Shown: piece after piece, positions 13,761 through 25,477 of the stretch
Layout: each line of letters begins with the position of its first letter
Numbering within the stretch: the stretch's first letter is position 1
From: Octopus sinensis
Taxonomy: Eukaryota
Direction: 5' to 3'
NCBI RefSeq assembly: GCF_006345805.1
Contig: NC_042998.1
Coordinates: 111,910,001 to 111,974,000 of the forward strand
DNA length: 64,000 nt
Notes under the pieces: model-generated
What the model saw: the letters and a program-made list of their open reading frames with translations, nothing else
Told to the model about the DNA's origin: nothing
The model's database searches: none
Made by a program: the position numbers and the translations under genes

Positions 13761-14231
13761 AAATTCAAGAAATATTACAAAACATTTCGAAGTATGTTTA
13801 CCAAAAATGGTAAAGAAGATTGAGAGGATGATTGCGTAATCAAACGATTAGGTAACATGATGTTTTTAATTAAAGAACAACGCTCGGAACATAAGAGTCA
13901 CCTTAACCAGTTAAAGATAAGATATTCAGAAAAAAACATACCAATGGAAGTCTTCTACGATATGTTTGAAGTGCCAGTACTGAGAGATATTGAACCCCGT
14001 AGAACTAACTTCAGAAAACAAAAACAGACTGAATATCTGGAAGTAATACCTAAACGAAAACGATGTGAAATTTTCAAAAAGAAAAAAGAGTGCTTAGTAC
14101 AACGAAAAGAAAAGTCGGACAAGAATTAAGATACAACAGCTAAAAAGAAAAAAAGGGTGAGAGGGGCTGGAAAGAAAACAAGTAAAAACAAAGAAATTCC
14201 ACTTTCTCACAGTAGTTGAAATCTCAAGAGA

Positions 14232-14489
14232 TGTTGTGATGGGAGGTACGACAACCACTTACGAGAGATAGACTGGTCCGAGTAAAATATAAACAGTAAC
14301 GATCCGAGTTCAGAGTTCGGAGTCGCGTGAAGTTCGTGTTAGTTCGCAGTGAAGTCGGAACGTGTCGGTTGGGTTAGTTCACAAGGAATATTGATTGTTG
14401 GTTCGTAAAGGGATTTGTTAATTCGTTACGTTATTTTTACTGTTGCCTGGTTATCCTATTTATTGTACATAACAAAGTACGTTAAAACA
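14232..14489 (+). repeat. 3' LTR
   Basis: Direct repeat of 11519-11786, preceded by a short purine tract. Confidence 0.9.
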
Positions 14490-14544
14490 TCTGGCGATGA
14501 GAGTGGTTTCGAAGCTCACGAAGTACGTTACAACAGTTATATAG

Positions 14545-14715
14545 GGAAACCTCTGCCCAGTTACTCGACCTGCTAAAAGTAGCAGCTAAACATAACCTTA
14601 GAGCGTTAAAAAACGGAAGGGTACATTGCACAATGTGGTCTAAGATATACAAAAGAGATGAGATGGTTAATCCTTGAATTGCTTTTGATCATAAGTCTAC
14701 TTGTCCAGGGCCAAA
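14545..14715 (-). mobile_element. SINE fragment (cephalopod type)
   Basis: GACCTGCTAAAAGTAGCAGCTAAA and TTTGATCATAAGTCT blocks; related piece near 21880-21930. Confidence 0.5.
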
Positions 14716-15189
14716 CAAGAATGTAGGAAAGGAGTTTAAAGAGCTGTAGTTATGGCCAGTAAATATTGAGCAAACTGTTTAGTGCGATTTCTGGAGCAAA
14801 AAAAAAAGAGTAAAAATGATGTGAGCATATGTATGCATTGGATAGACAAAGATAGTAAACACGTGTTAGCTTTTAGGAACAGAAGCCATTGAAGTTGCGG
14901 TGTAGCACATCTGTGAAATTAGTGTTTAAGGTGAGTGTCAAAATCAACTTAATGGCTAATCTTTTCTAAAGATGCAATTTAGAGTGCCACTGTGTGTGAT
15001 ACTTGCAGCCTCCCAGATATATGAGTAGTAGCAGAATATGGATTATTATTTGATATCTGTAAAAGACCTAAAAATGGCGAATGTTGTTGTTTTTTCAAGA
15101 ATGGAAACATTTAGACTTTAGAATGTAACTTTAGGAATATAGATACAAAATCCTTATTGAAAATCATAATTTTGTTCAGATTATAAGTA

Positions 15190-15520
15190 ACTTAGGTGTT
15201 GCTCATCAGTCGGGACGATGCAATGCAATACTGCTTACTTTATATGGGTAGTAATTACCCAGTAATGACTCAATCGGAAGTTGTTTCCCTGATCTGTGCA
15301 GGCACGATACTTTGGAAATCTCTGAAACCACTCGGATGGAACACTTAATCCACCATTTGATTTAACAAACCCTCACAGCTGCCCTTACGTGGCTTTAGCA
15401 GAGTTTGGTCACCTTCATACCTGCAGATAGGCCTTTGGTCAGAGAATAATCGCTTCCATTTTTCCCTCAGAAGTCTTGAATGAGATCATGGGTACTGTTA
15501 TTTCCTTGTGGCTAAACCAT
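15190..15520 (-). mobile_element. Old SINE-like interspersed repeat
   Basis: Composition and conserved-core-like blocks resemble mollusc SINEs; recognised from memory only. Confidence 0.35.
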
Positions 15521-17472
15521 TAAACACACACACACACACATAAGCTATTTCATTTTCAGAAAGTTAAAAAAAAATAGTGACCCAGCACAATATTGATGGG
15601 TTTGTAGTCAGATCAAGAGGAATAAGACTTTGCTTTCAGTAGGTGAACATGGAATCAGAGGAGTTTAAGGAAGATAAAGTAAGATTCGTTTGCTATTAGT
15701 TAATGCGTCTATACCTCAACTGAAAATTAGAGATCTTTGATGGGATCCTCGATATGCTTGCAGGGAATGGAACAGTCTCAAGGTTACAAGAGTTTGTTTC
15801 AGCTGATGCAGTCTACTAAAGAGGAACTCAGATTCAACTTCCTGTATTGTTTGGTACACTACTAAGAAACATTTTCGATTGCGTACGCGGTCAATCTCTG
15901 ACACCAGCCGAGAACAGGTATAGCCGGAGCGCAGGCATGGTTGTGTGGTTAACAAGTTCATTCCAACGACGTGGTTTCACGTTCAATCAAACTGCATGAC
16001 GTGGAAAAAAGCTTTTTCTTTCTTTTTTTTTTTACAACGGCTTCTGGTCAAGCAAAATATTGCGAGTGAAATTTCATTTGAGAAAACTTTCTTTAAGCAC
16101 AACGAGGAAGCCGGTCTTGCTCTTGGATAGTAAATCGAAATCGTCTCCTGATTTAGCACCTGCTATGGTCCTTGGGCAGATTTAACAGAATACACTGTTT
16201 CAAGAATTCTGGCTAGATTTCCGATCAGAGAGAATAACTTCCTTCCTCCAGTCTCAGAATTCATGAAAGGGTCGATCATGAATAAACCATTTAGAGAGAT
16301 TTTGCCTCAATAAATTTGGAACAGAAGGAGCTCCACTAAAATCACCCAAGGAGCTGTGGGTGGGGTGTTAAAACTGACAATAATTTAGACGTAGCAGCCG
16401 TCTTCCCACGCACACGTATGTGCTAGCCTTTGTGGTACATAGTAATCTAACACTAGAGAGGTTGAATTACAGGACTCAGATTCCCCCTTTACACTCCACT
16501 GATCATTTTCATTGAAGAGCGATCAAGTTGTAACAGTAGAAGACTGAAATCACCTGACGTGGATCTTGAATAATGCAGTTTACGTGCCAAAAACAGCATC
16601 TGTTTGAAAATACGTTATTTATGAGCAGATTAATTCCGTTTTCGTTTAAAGTTTTAAATGTTGGTGCTGGAATGTAAATAAGCAGCAGAGAGGTTAATGG
16701 CCGATTTGATTCAAACCCGTTTGAGCGACTGATTATGAATAGAGAAATGAATACGTGATAGGTATTAATAAAACGAATACACCCATGAAAACACAAGAAC
16801 AAAACATTAATCTTATCAATACGCAGATAGAAAGGACAACAGAGTATGAGTACAAAAGATTTATAAGTATAATATGTATCGTCTCAATTGATGTACATCT
16901 GATCATAAATTTAGAAATGATGGAATTACATTATAGACAAATAATATTGCTTGTTCCAATTAAATTATAGAGTTCATAAATATGTGCTAATAGAAGAAAA
17001 CGAAACAAAGGCCTCTTTGTTATAAGTAACTTCCTTAATAAATCTTTATTGGGTACCAGAACATTTACATTGACATATAAAATGTCATATAATGATAATT
17101 TATGCATCGATCGGTTTGTTGACTTCTTGAACTTTCGTTAAGAGGTTTTGTTTAAAAGCAGGAAGAAGCATTTTAGAACATAAGGCTTAAATGCTGGTTC
17201 TGCCATCTTCCAATAAACTTTATCTTGTGTTGATAGTTTATGGTTTTGAAGCATTATCTTAAAGTGTATACTACTGGCAGTGAATGGAGAATTAAGTAAG
17301 CACTGATTTATCAATAACATTGCTTTTGGATATTTGTCCAGTATGAGAATAAACAGAAATTCATTATACCGAAGCATATTTGTGTGTTTGAAAGATATAC
17401 ATACAAACATACGTACATATGTATGTATGTATACTTAGAAAGGGAGAGATAGTTATATGTATAAATAAATAA

Positions 17473-17545
<73 letters not shown>

Positions 17546-18421
17546 TATATATATATCTTTCTCTCTTTCTCATACACATCACTTTCACTACCACGTTCGC
17601 ATACAACCGTTTTTCACTAGGCTTTTGGTCAACCCCTTGCTTTCGACCTTGACTTCCTCTTTCGCTTCTTCAATACCGTCTATGAATGACATGCGTAGTA
17701 TTCTCCTGTATGGCTGGTCTTGTTGGTGGTGGATCTCCGTCGTTCGGCGATGAAAATTTAGTTGTTCAAGCAACTGAATTACATGCTCTCCTGAATCACC
17801 GCGTAAGAAGTTGTGTATTATTTCATAGACACGGATACAGTAAACGTATTTCGCTGCCAAAATTAGCGTGCCACACTGTGTGCCAAAACTGTACCTTTGA
17901 ATTATATAGGTGCAATCCCCTCGACAGGCTTCTTTACAGTTTCCTTCTACTTGATTTCACTGACAATTTATGGGTTAACCCCCAGACTATAGAAAAGGAC
18001 GTTTTCTCAAGATGCTATACAATGGGAGTGAAGTAAGCTTCTTAACTCTTCATCCAGGCTGCACTTAGAGAACTCCTAGATTATATTCAACTAAATTACT
18101 TTTTTCCTAAACATGTGCATTCTTGACTGGTTATTACACATAGTTAGAGACATACGTACATACACACGCAATCACACAGTCACATATACGCACACACGCA
18201 ATCACACAATCACATATTCACACACACACGCATTCACACAAACAGCAATTTAAATTGCACTCACATTCATGCAACGAACACAAACATTTACACATTCCAA
18301 AAACATATACATATACCTACTTATGTATCCTGGGATAAAAACAAAAGACAATTTTAATTATTTTGTTACACTCAAAAATTGCAATTTGAATTGCACACAC
18401 ACACACACCTAAAACTATATA

Positions 18422-18652
18422 TATTTCTTTACTGCCCATAAGGGGCTAAACATAGAGGGGACAAACAAGGACAGACAAAGGGATTAAGTCGATTATATCG
18501 ACCCCAGTGCGTAACTGGTACTTTATTTATCGATCCCGAAAGGATGAAAGGCAAAGTCGACCTCGGCGGAATTTGAACTCAGAACGTAACGGCAGACGAA
18601 ATACGGCTACGCATTTCGCCCGGCGTGCTAACGTTTCTGCCAGCTCACCACC
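18422..18652 (-). mobile_element. Young tRNA-derived SINE, type B (Octopus OR/OK group)
   Basis: Head GGTGAGCTGGCAGAAACGTTAGC..GAGTTCAAATTCC (A/B boxes) and body GTCGACTTTGCCTTTCATCC; near-identical copies at 44866, 53783 and 58614. Confidence 0.9.
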
Positions 18653-19322
18653 TTCACCTAAAACTATATAACTGCATTCCATGCTCTTGACATATACCAA
18701 TACACGCATGTACACACAGTTTGACCGTCACGTTTGCACGCTTTCTTACATATGCGTACACCACCCCCTGCAAGCACAGGAATATATAACAACACATATA
18801 CCCATAAACCCATGCATCATAAACATCCAACTCACATTCGTATACATATGCATTCAACAAGCGTACGCAAAGACACCAGGTCACTAACTTCCTATGCTCT
18901 TGCACTGTACATACTTACACAAACCTCTGCATATGTATCAGCACTTGCAGATGCCTGACACACATAACTCCACAAAGCTCAGTCGCACTTTTACAAAAGC
19001 ATGTACGCACATATCCTCATTAAATTTTCTCAAGCCTCGATATAAGGCGATCTCCCGAGCCCAGAACTTTCTTTTTTCTTCTTCTTCAGTTCTGAATATT
19101 ATTTCTAATGTTTTATTTCTTTTCCTTCTTTTCTTTCACTTCTCTCTTTCTACTATTCTCCCCCGCTTATTTTTCGTTCAGAAATAGGACGAACTTCCGA
19201 AATGTCGCCTCCGCAATTGCTTTTCGTTTAAGCACTAAACGAAGAAGCTAAAACTTTATTCATCGTATTGGGTTCGTTCATAGTGTGTCTTCAAAGTTTC
19301 AACTTTATATATATGTGTGTGT

Positions 19323-19378
<56 letters not shown>

Positions 19379-19389
19379 GTGCGTCTTCT

Positions 19390-19600
19390 TTTTACTTGTT
19401 TCACTCATTTGACTGTGGCCATGCTGGGGCACCGCCTTGGAGGGTTTAGTCGAGCAAATCGACCCCAGAACTTTCTTCTAAGCCAAGTATTTACTCTATC
19501 GATCACTTATGCCAAACCGTTAAGTTACAGGGACGCAAACACACCAACACCGGTTGTCAAGCGGTAATGAGTGAACATACACAGATACAAAGACACACAC
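19390..19600 (-). mobile_element. SINE type A, 3' half
   Basis: TTACTTGTTTCA.TCATTTGACTG.GGCCATGCTGG block shared with 35385, 59070 and 61252. Confidence 0.8.
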
Positions 19601-19771
19601 ACACCTAGATATATATACATATGCACGGGACATACACAGACACAAAGACACACACACTTAGATATATACATATGCAGAGATATACATATATACATCAATA
19701 CATACATATATATTGTAAATTGATCTGCGTAAAAAATTCAACAGAAGAGTACTGCATCTAATGAGAGTTCA

Positions 19772-19836
<65 letters not shown>

Positions 19837-19848
19837 ATATACATACAT

Positions 19849-19900
<52 letters not shown>

Positions 19901-19925
19901 CTATATATATATATATATATATATA

Positions 19926-20473
19926 TACATTATATAAAGGGCTTAGTAAAATAATTACTTTGCCGCATACTGAACCATTAGAATAGCAGCTAAAAAACTT
20001 TTTTAAGGCTATTTCTAATACTTAAAGAAAATCTCTCTCATATATATGTTTGCATAATTAACTCACAAAAGTTTGGGGTAATGACATCGAAAAATCAAAT
20101 GCTAAGGTTATTCGAGAACGTACGTTTCAGATTAGTCAAACACATTTCTATCATCGGCTCGGAAATTCTTGGTTTGGATTTGGAACACTGAAAATACTGA
20201 AAAAGTGTTTCCAAATCCAACCAAGGAATTTCCGAGCCGATGATAGAAATGTTGTTTTGACTAATCTTGAAACGTACGTTCTCGAATAACTTAGCATTTG
20301 ATTTTTCGATGTCTTACCCCAAACTTTTGTGAGTTAAATTATGCAAACACTATATATGAGAGAGATTTTCTTTAAGTATTAGAAATAGCCTTAAAAAAGT
20401 TTTTTAGCTGCTATTTCTAATGAGTCAGTTGCGGCAAAGTAATTTATTTTACTAAGCCCTTTTATATAATGTA
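19926..20473. repeat. Near-perfect fold-back palindrome, ~265-bp arms, 14-nt loop
   Basis: 19926-20189 is the reverse complement of 20204-20473; differences are mostly 1-nt indels. Confidence 0.95.
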
Positions 20474-20561
20474 ATAATTTGAATTCGCCTTGAATGGTCC
20501 CTTTGCATACTGAACACTTGGTGAATTGATTAATAATTAATTAATTTTGCCCTCATTGTTT

Positions 20562-20599
<38 letters not shown>

Positions 20600-20653
20600 T
20601 AAGCTACATTAAATCTCTTAACGAGACATAAACAGTAGCAATACGGAATCGTA

Positions 20654-21005
20654 ACATATAATTGCCAACTAAGTGTGGCGTCCTATACAGGAGATTGCTA
20701 CTGCTGTCTATAGCCCCAGAAAGACATCTCTTCCAGCTGGCTAACGACACGCATTCTGTGTCCGAGTAGTATTTTGCGAGGGGAAACCATCGCTTCCATC
20801 TCTAACCTTGACGCGATACACCCAGAAACTTGAGTCCGTGTGTACCACGTCAAGACTAGACATGGAAGCGATGACCTCCCCTCGCAAATACTAATCGCAC
20901 ATAGAATGTGTGTCGTTAGCCCGTTGGAAGAGATGTCTTCCTGGGGCTATAAACGTCCGTAGTACTCTCCTGTATAGGACTTCACACTTGGTTGGCAATT
21001 ATATG

Positions 21006-21006
<1 letters not shown>
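20654..21006. mobile_element. Palindromic MITE, ~350 bp
   Basis: ATAATTGCCAACTAAGTGTG / CACACTTGGTTGGCAATTAT ends; imperfect complementarity continues almost to the centre. Confidence 0.85.
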
Positions 21007-21069
<63 letters not shown>

Positions 21070-21597
21070 GTGTGTGTGTGTGTGTGTGTGTGCGTGCGTG
21101 TGTGTAATGGTGTCACTGTGTGTTTGAGGTTACTCTAACTCCTTCTACGCCGTCTAACCGAATTTAATGAGTTTTGGCAAATAGATAGATCACATGCCCT
21201 GAAGTTCAAATAAAGTCGGAATTTTTCGAAAACTCGATAATGCTTAGTTGGCATCGATTTTTATGAGTTCAGTCGGGCGTTTGAATGGAAATTCCCATAT
21301 CGATTTTATTTTACCTGCCATATTGATGTTCATGGCAGTGAATTGATGTCAGTATATAGCGTTGATATCAGTATATGGCGTTGACAAAAAGGCCAAAAAT
21401 TGCGCCTGGGCAGTGGTTTTATAAAATTAATAGTTTTTTGCGTGCAAATACCCACAGGGATTTTACTTTGGGCCGTAACTTTATTTTTCACCCAATTTTA
21501 TTGTTTCTGTGTATTATTAATTTTTAATGTTGGAACTAAAGATGTATATAGTATGTACAATTTATAAGAATTCCCAAGCGCGAGCAACTGAGGCTAT

Positions 21598-21742
21598 GGA
21601 TATTATCCAAACATTTCGTTATTAGTCTACCCCTTGGTCTCCTGCTGATTGGCACGGCTTGAAAAATCCATCTTGTGATTCTTTCTTGAGACATTCTAAT
21701 CACATGTCCAAAGTACCAGAGCAGTGACTTCTCAATACGGAT
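21598..21742 (-). mobile_element. RTE-clade LINE 3' fragment
   Basis: IRIEKSLLWYFGHVIRMSQERITRWIFQAVPISRRPRGRL matches the RTE W.GHV.RM...R.RGR motif. Confidence 0.8.
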
Positions 21743-22400
21743 ACAAAAACTGTGGTAACTTCTGCCAAACCATCAAGGGCACTTCTACCTACTGCTAGAT
21801 ATAGGAGCCAAATTTTCTAGTAATCGCATGATGTTGCCTTGAAAATACACATAGGGCAATGTAGTCGACGACGAAAAGAAATATGGGCTATTTGGATTGG
21901 AACGCATTTGATCGTGGGTCTGCTCGATCAGAAATGAAATGAAGCGAAACAAAGTGTTTGTTGAATATATGTATATAAAACCATCTTACAAATCAAGAGG
22001 AACCTGTATAGTAAATATCTAGAAATTCTTCTCAATGAGAAGACATTTTCTAGATAAACATATCACACATTTCCTAAAGAGTATGAAAATTGCTTTTCCT
22101 CGGACACCATGTAAAATAATACTTGAACGTATGGCACCATAAACGATTCCATCACATAATACTTATACGTTTCATTGTTACTTGCAATTTGACTTTATTT
22201 CTGTACTTCATACTTTGTTTTTCTCTAAAAGTCTTCTGTTCTTTGAATTGCTTTCTTGATGTGTTGACTTTTTTGGCGTATTCCCAGCAAAGAGAACAAT
22301 ATGCCCCGTTAAAGAGAACAATCTGCTTGTTAAGCATATATTAGTCGTCCACTGTAACGTGAGAACCCCTTGTGTGTGTGTGTGTGTGTGTGTGCGTGTG

Positions 22401-22431
<31 letters not shown>

Positions 22432-23109
22432 TACAGTGATTTTGAATATGTGCAAATTGAGTATTCTGGTGTGTGGTTATATGCTCGTGTATATAAAAGA
22501 ATGACTGTAAAGGCTTAAATGTTTAATGCGAAGTAAAATGTCGGTGTTGTGAACTACAATAGGACAATATTGCTGTGAAAGAAACTGACTGCGAATTCGA
22601 ATACAATCAAAATAAAGGAACATACGAGAAAAGAAATAATACACCCCAATGGGTTAAAAACCTTTTGATGTCTCCAACAGAAAAAAAGAAAACTACTTAA
22701 AAAACAAGACTGATAAAAAAAATGTGAATAAATTTAATGCAACAGAAGTTTAAAAAAGCAAACTCTTTCGAACACACACACACACACACATATGTAATCA
22801 CGCGCGCGCGCAAACACACACACACTGGCAGTCACTAACATACACACACAGAGTCACTTAACACAGACATATATATATATATATATATATATAAAAGTAT
22901 ATATACATACATACACATATTGTGTTATCTCCGTTGTAACTGGTTCAGTCGAAGTAGACTACTTTCAAATGTAGTACTCACTGCATGATACAAATGTTAA
23001 GGTTTATATTTTGTAAATTGGCACGAAGGCTCGAAGGCATTAGGGGAAGGTCGAGGCCGAGAACCTGTCGTTTCAGTCATGCTGGGGCGTGCAGGTACGA
23101 TAGGGTGTA

Positions 23110-23610
23110 CATCCTATCGTCTCCCACCTCCTCAACATATACCCCCTTCGCACACATGTAGACCTCCCCCCCCGAACGCGCCTTACACACCGCACACCTA
23201 TATGACCCCACCCCACACCACGACCTTATCATTTGCAGAAAGAAAACAGACTAACGAATACAGCCATATATACCTATAACCCCTCCAAAATTACGCGCAT
23301 GACACCACTGCACGTATCACAAAACCCATCTCCCCAAGCGCACCATTCTTGATAATATACACTTCCCCCACAAATGCTTTAAGATAACACTTACCGACCT
23401 CACATACCCAACCAAGGGGCATAACTCCTAACCTAATACCTTGGCGTTTTTCGTTTCACCGCCCTTTTTCAAAGCAGCTGCTGACCGGGTGTGTTAATTC
23501 ATTTCCGACAATAGAGAGCAGTCGCCATATTCCCTTCCATATCGGCTAACCCTGATGAGCATAAGGTTATATGATCGGATTGTTACCTACCACGCCATTG
23601 TATTCCTTGC
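23110..23610 (+). mobile_element. Probable Penelope-type 3' tail remnant
   Basis: C/A-rich tract, CAGTCGCCATATT (compare CAGATCGCCATGTT in the 27391 element) and a CTGATGA followed by a hairpin. Confidence 0.4.
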
Positions 23611-23647
23611 GCAAAACCGATTGGTAAGATCAGCCGTGATGGATATA

Positions 23648-23872
23648 CAGGATGGTAATGCACCAATTCACACAGCTAAAGTTGTTATTGAATGGCACGA
23701 GGAACAGTCCAGTGAAGGTGGACAAAAGTTCCTTTGGAAAAAATTCAAATTTTGTACTAGTCCATACCTTGTAGAATTCAAGCTGTAATTACTGCCAAAA
23801 GCAATCCTACACTAAATTAAAATAAATTTGTTTGAAATTTTAAGGTGTTTCCATTATTTTGTCCAACCCCTG
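23648..23872 (+). mobile_element. Tc1 transposon 3' fragment
   Basis: QDGNAPIHTAKVVIEW, SIPCRIQAVI and terminal TTTTGTCCAACCCCTG|TA. Confidence 0.8.
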
Positions 23873-23983
23873 TATATACATATATTTATATATATATATA
23901 TTTCGGATAATATACCCACTATATTGACAGATATACGAGTGCGTCCTTTCCCTGACTTATGGTCTCTTAGACAACTCACGCGC

Positions 23984-24024
<41 letters not shown>

Positions 24025-24040
24025 TGTGTGTGTGTGTGTG

Positions 24041-24071
<31 letters not shown>

Positions 24072-24104
24072 TATGTATGTATTTGTACATTTGTGTTTCT
24101 CTCT

Positions 24105-24272
24105 CCCACCCACCATCGTTTAACAATCGTTGTTGGTGACTTTATGTTCCCGTTAATTAGCGGCTCGGTAAAACAGACCGATAGAATAAGTATTAAAAGA
24201 ATAAGTCGATTTGTTCGACTAAAGGCGGTGATCTAGCATAGCCACAGTAAAACGACTGAAAGAGGCAAAAGA
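24105..24272 (+). mobile_element. SINE type A, 3' half
   Basis: GACCGATAGAATAAGTA..GTCGATTTGTTCGACTAAAGGCGGTG. Confidence 0.75.
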
Positions 24273-24310
24273 AATAAAAGGGACCTGAATCGTTCGAAAA
24301 ACGCCGATCG

Positions 24311-24373
24311 AGAATTCTTAATACGATATCAGTTTCGTCAATTTCCGTTGTCTCATCAGTCAAGCTCAATTCT
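24311..24373 (-). ncRNA. Type I hammerhead ribozyme, slightly degenerate
   Basis: AGAAUU-GAG-CUUGA CUGAUGA GACAAC-GGAA-AUUGAC GAAAC UGAUAUC GUA | UUAAG AAUUCU; bulged stem I; predicted cut between 24322 and 24321. Confidence 0.8.
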
Positions 24374-24586
24374 TCGGCTTTTTCCAGATTTGCTTCTCTA
24401 TTAGCATATACGTTTTCGTCATCCAAATTAATGCATGATTTAGCAATTCACTAATGTTTATACATAAAATTAAGAAACACCTACATTGCTAGAAATAAGA
24501 GCTAAAATGCTCTAATGCTGTATTTAACGCTCATAACTTAAAACATACATTAACAGGGACCTGAATCGTCCGAAAACTGACGATCG

Positions 24587-24653
24587 AGAATTCTTAATAT
24601 TGACGTCAGTTCGGTAATTTCCGTTACCCCATCAGTTAAACCTGCTCGATTCT
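24587..24653 (-). ncRNA. Degenerate type I hammerhead ribozyme
   Basis: UUUAA CUGAUGG GGUAA-CGGAAA-UUACC GAAC UGACGUCA AUA UUAAG; core deviates (A9 to G, one A missing from GAAA). Confidence 0.6.
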
Positions 24654-25381
24654 TCGGCTTTTTCCGGACTTGCTTCTTTATTAGTTTATATGTTTTCGTC
24701 ATCTGAATTAATGGATGATTTAGCAACTCGCTAATGTGTATACATAAAATTAATATAAACAGCTGGTCTCTGCTGGTGTATATGTTTTCATCCATGATGT
24801 GCGTAAACTTCTGCATTAGAGCATTTTAGCTCTTATTTCTAGCAATGTAGGTGCCACATTTAGTGACAGTTATAATTCTCCTTTTTGGTGAAACATTGCA
24901 ACATGCTGTTAATATTAATTTCATATATATATATATAATAATCTGTATTTTTGTTATTTTTTATTTGCCCTGTCCGTGTGAGCTAACAATCGTACTGACT
25001 TTCATGGGAAACATGTATTTTTATGGTTGAAACCTTTTGGATTAACTGGTGCTAGAGTGAGCCATATAGTGACCACTCTCTTATATTTATTTTGTAAAAA
25101 TATTGTAATATATTATAAAATATTATAATAATCCAGGTTTCTCGGAGCACTAGGCCACTGGTGTTGAATAGATATACTATTAAATTAGTATCTAATTCTC
25201 TCACCCTTATTAATTAATTATAATTATGCTGCATTTATTTCTAATGCTGTATTTGTTTTCCGTGAAAGTTTGGCGCGCTGTTAGTTGGGGCATTTGAATT
25301 ATAACGTCGGATGTAATCATTGAACCACACGCGTATTTATCGTTATGGTAAAATCTGGCGTGTGATTGAGTGGATTTCATC

Positions 25382-25477
25382 CAGATAGTTTTGGCTGACG
25401 AGCTACAAGTGGATTTTTTTGTAAGTAAAATTACATTTAATTCATTAATAGCGAAACAATTGTCCCAAAATAATCTG
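25382..25477 (+). ncRNA. Type I hammerhead ribozyme, copy 1
   Basis: Stem I UUUUGG/CCAAAA extended by a G-U pair and CAGAU/AUCUG; CUGACGA; stem II GCUA/UAGC with 43-nt loop; GAAA; stem III palindrome ACAAUUGU; GUC with cut after 25464. Confidence 0.92.

Larger units (their letters stand above)
11519..14535 (+). mobile_element. Ty3/gypsy (Mag/K02A2.6-like) LTR retrotransposon, internally deleted
   Basis: Two TG...CA LTRs, TSD GTTAT at 11514-11518 and 14536-14540, PBS-like TCTG(G/T)(C/T)GA(C/T)GAG, decayed gag, protease and integrase. Confidence 0.92.
24279..24853 (-). repeat. Diverged 276-bp-period dimer with one hammerhead per unit (second retrozyme-like family) plus a 41-bp inverted repeat
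   Basis: 24279-24473 and 24555-24753 are diverged direct repeats; 24478-24518 and 24813-24853 are exact reverse complements. Confidence 0.8.

Noticed and set aside
15180-15215. Minus-strand CTGATGA followed by a weak hairpin
   Set aside because: No GAAA and no stems I or III.
18560-18652. tRNA genes at SINE heads (also ~35700-35772 and ~39560-39632)
   Set aside because: A and B boxes are present, but they run into SINE bodies and no complete cloverleaf is evident.
23545-23590. CTGATGA plus CATA/TATG hairpin as a hammerhead
   Set aside because: No GAAA and no stem III; at most a dead remnant.
24193-24816. Acidic ORFs (MDDENVYANREANLEKAEELSLTDE...) suggesting a transposase N-terminus
   Set aside because: The same bases form paired hammerhead stems with compensatory changes, and the two units do not keep a common frame throughout.
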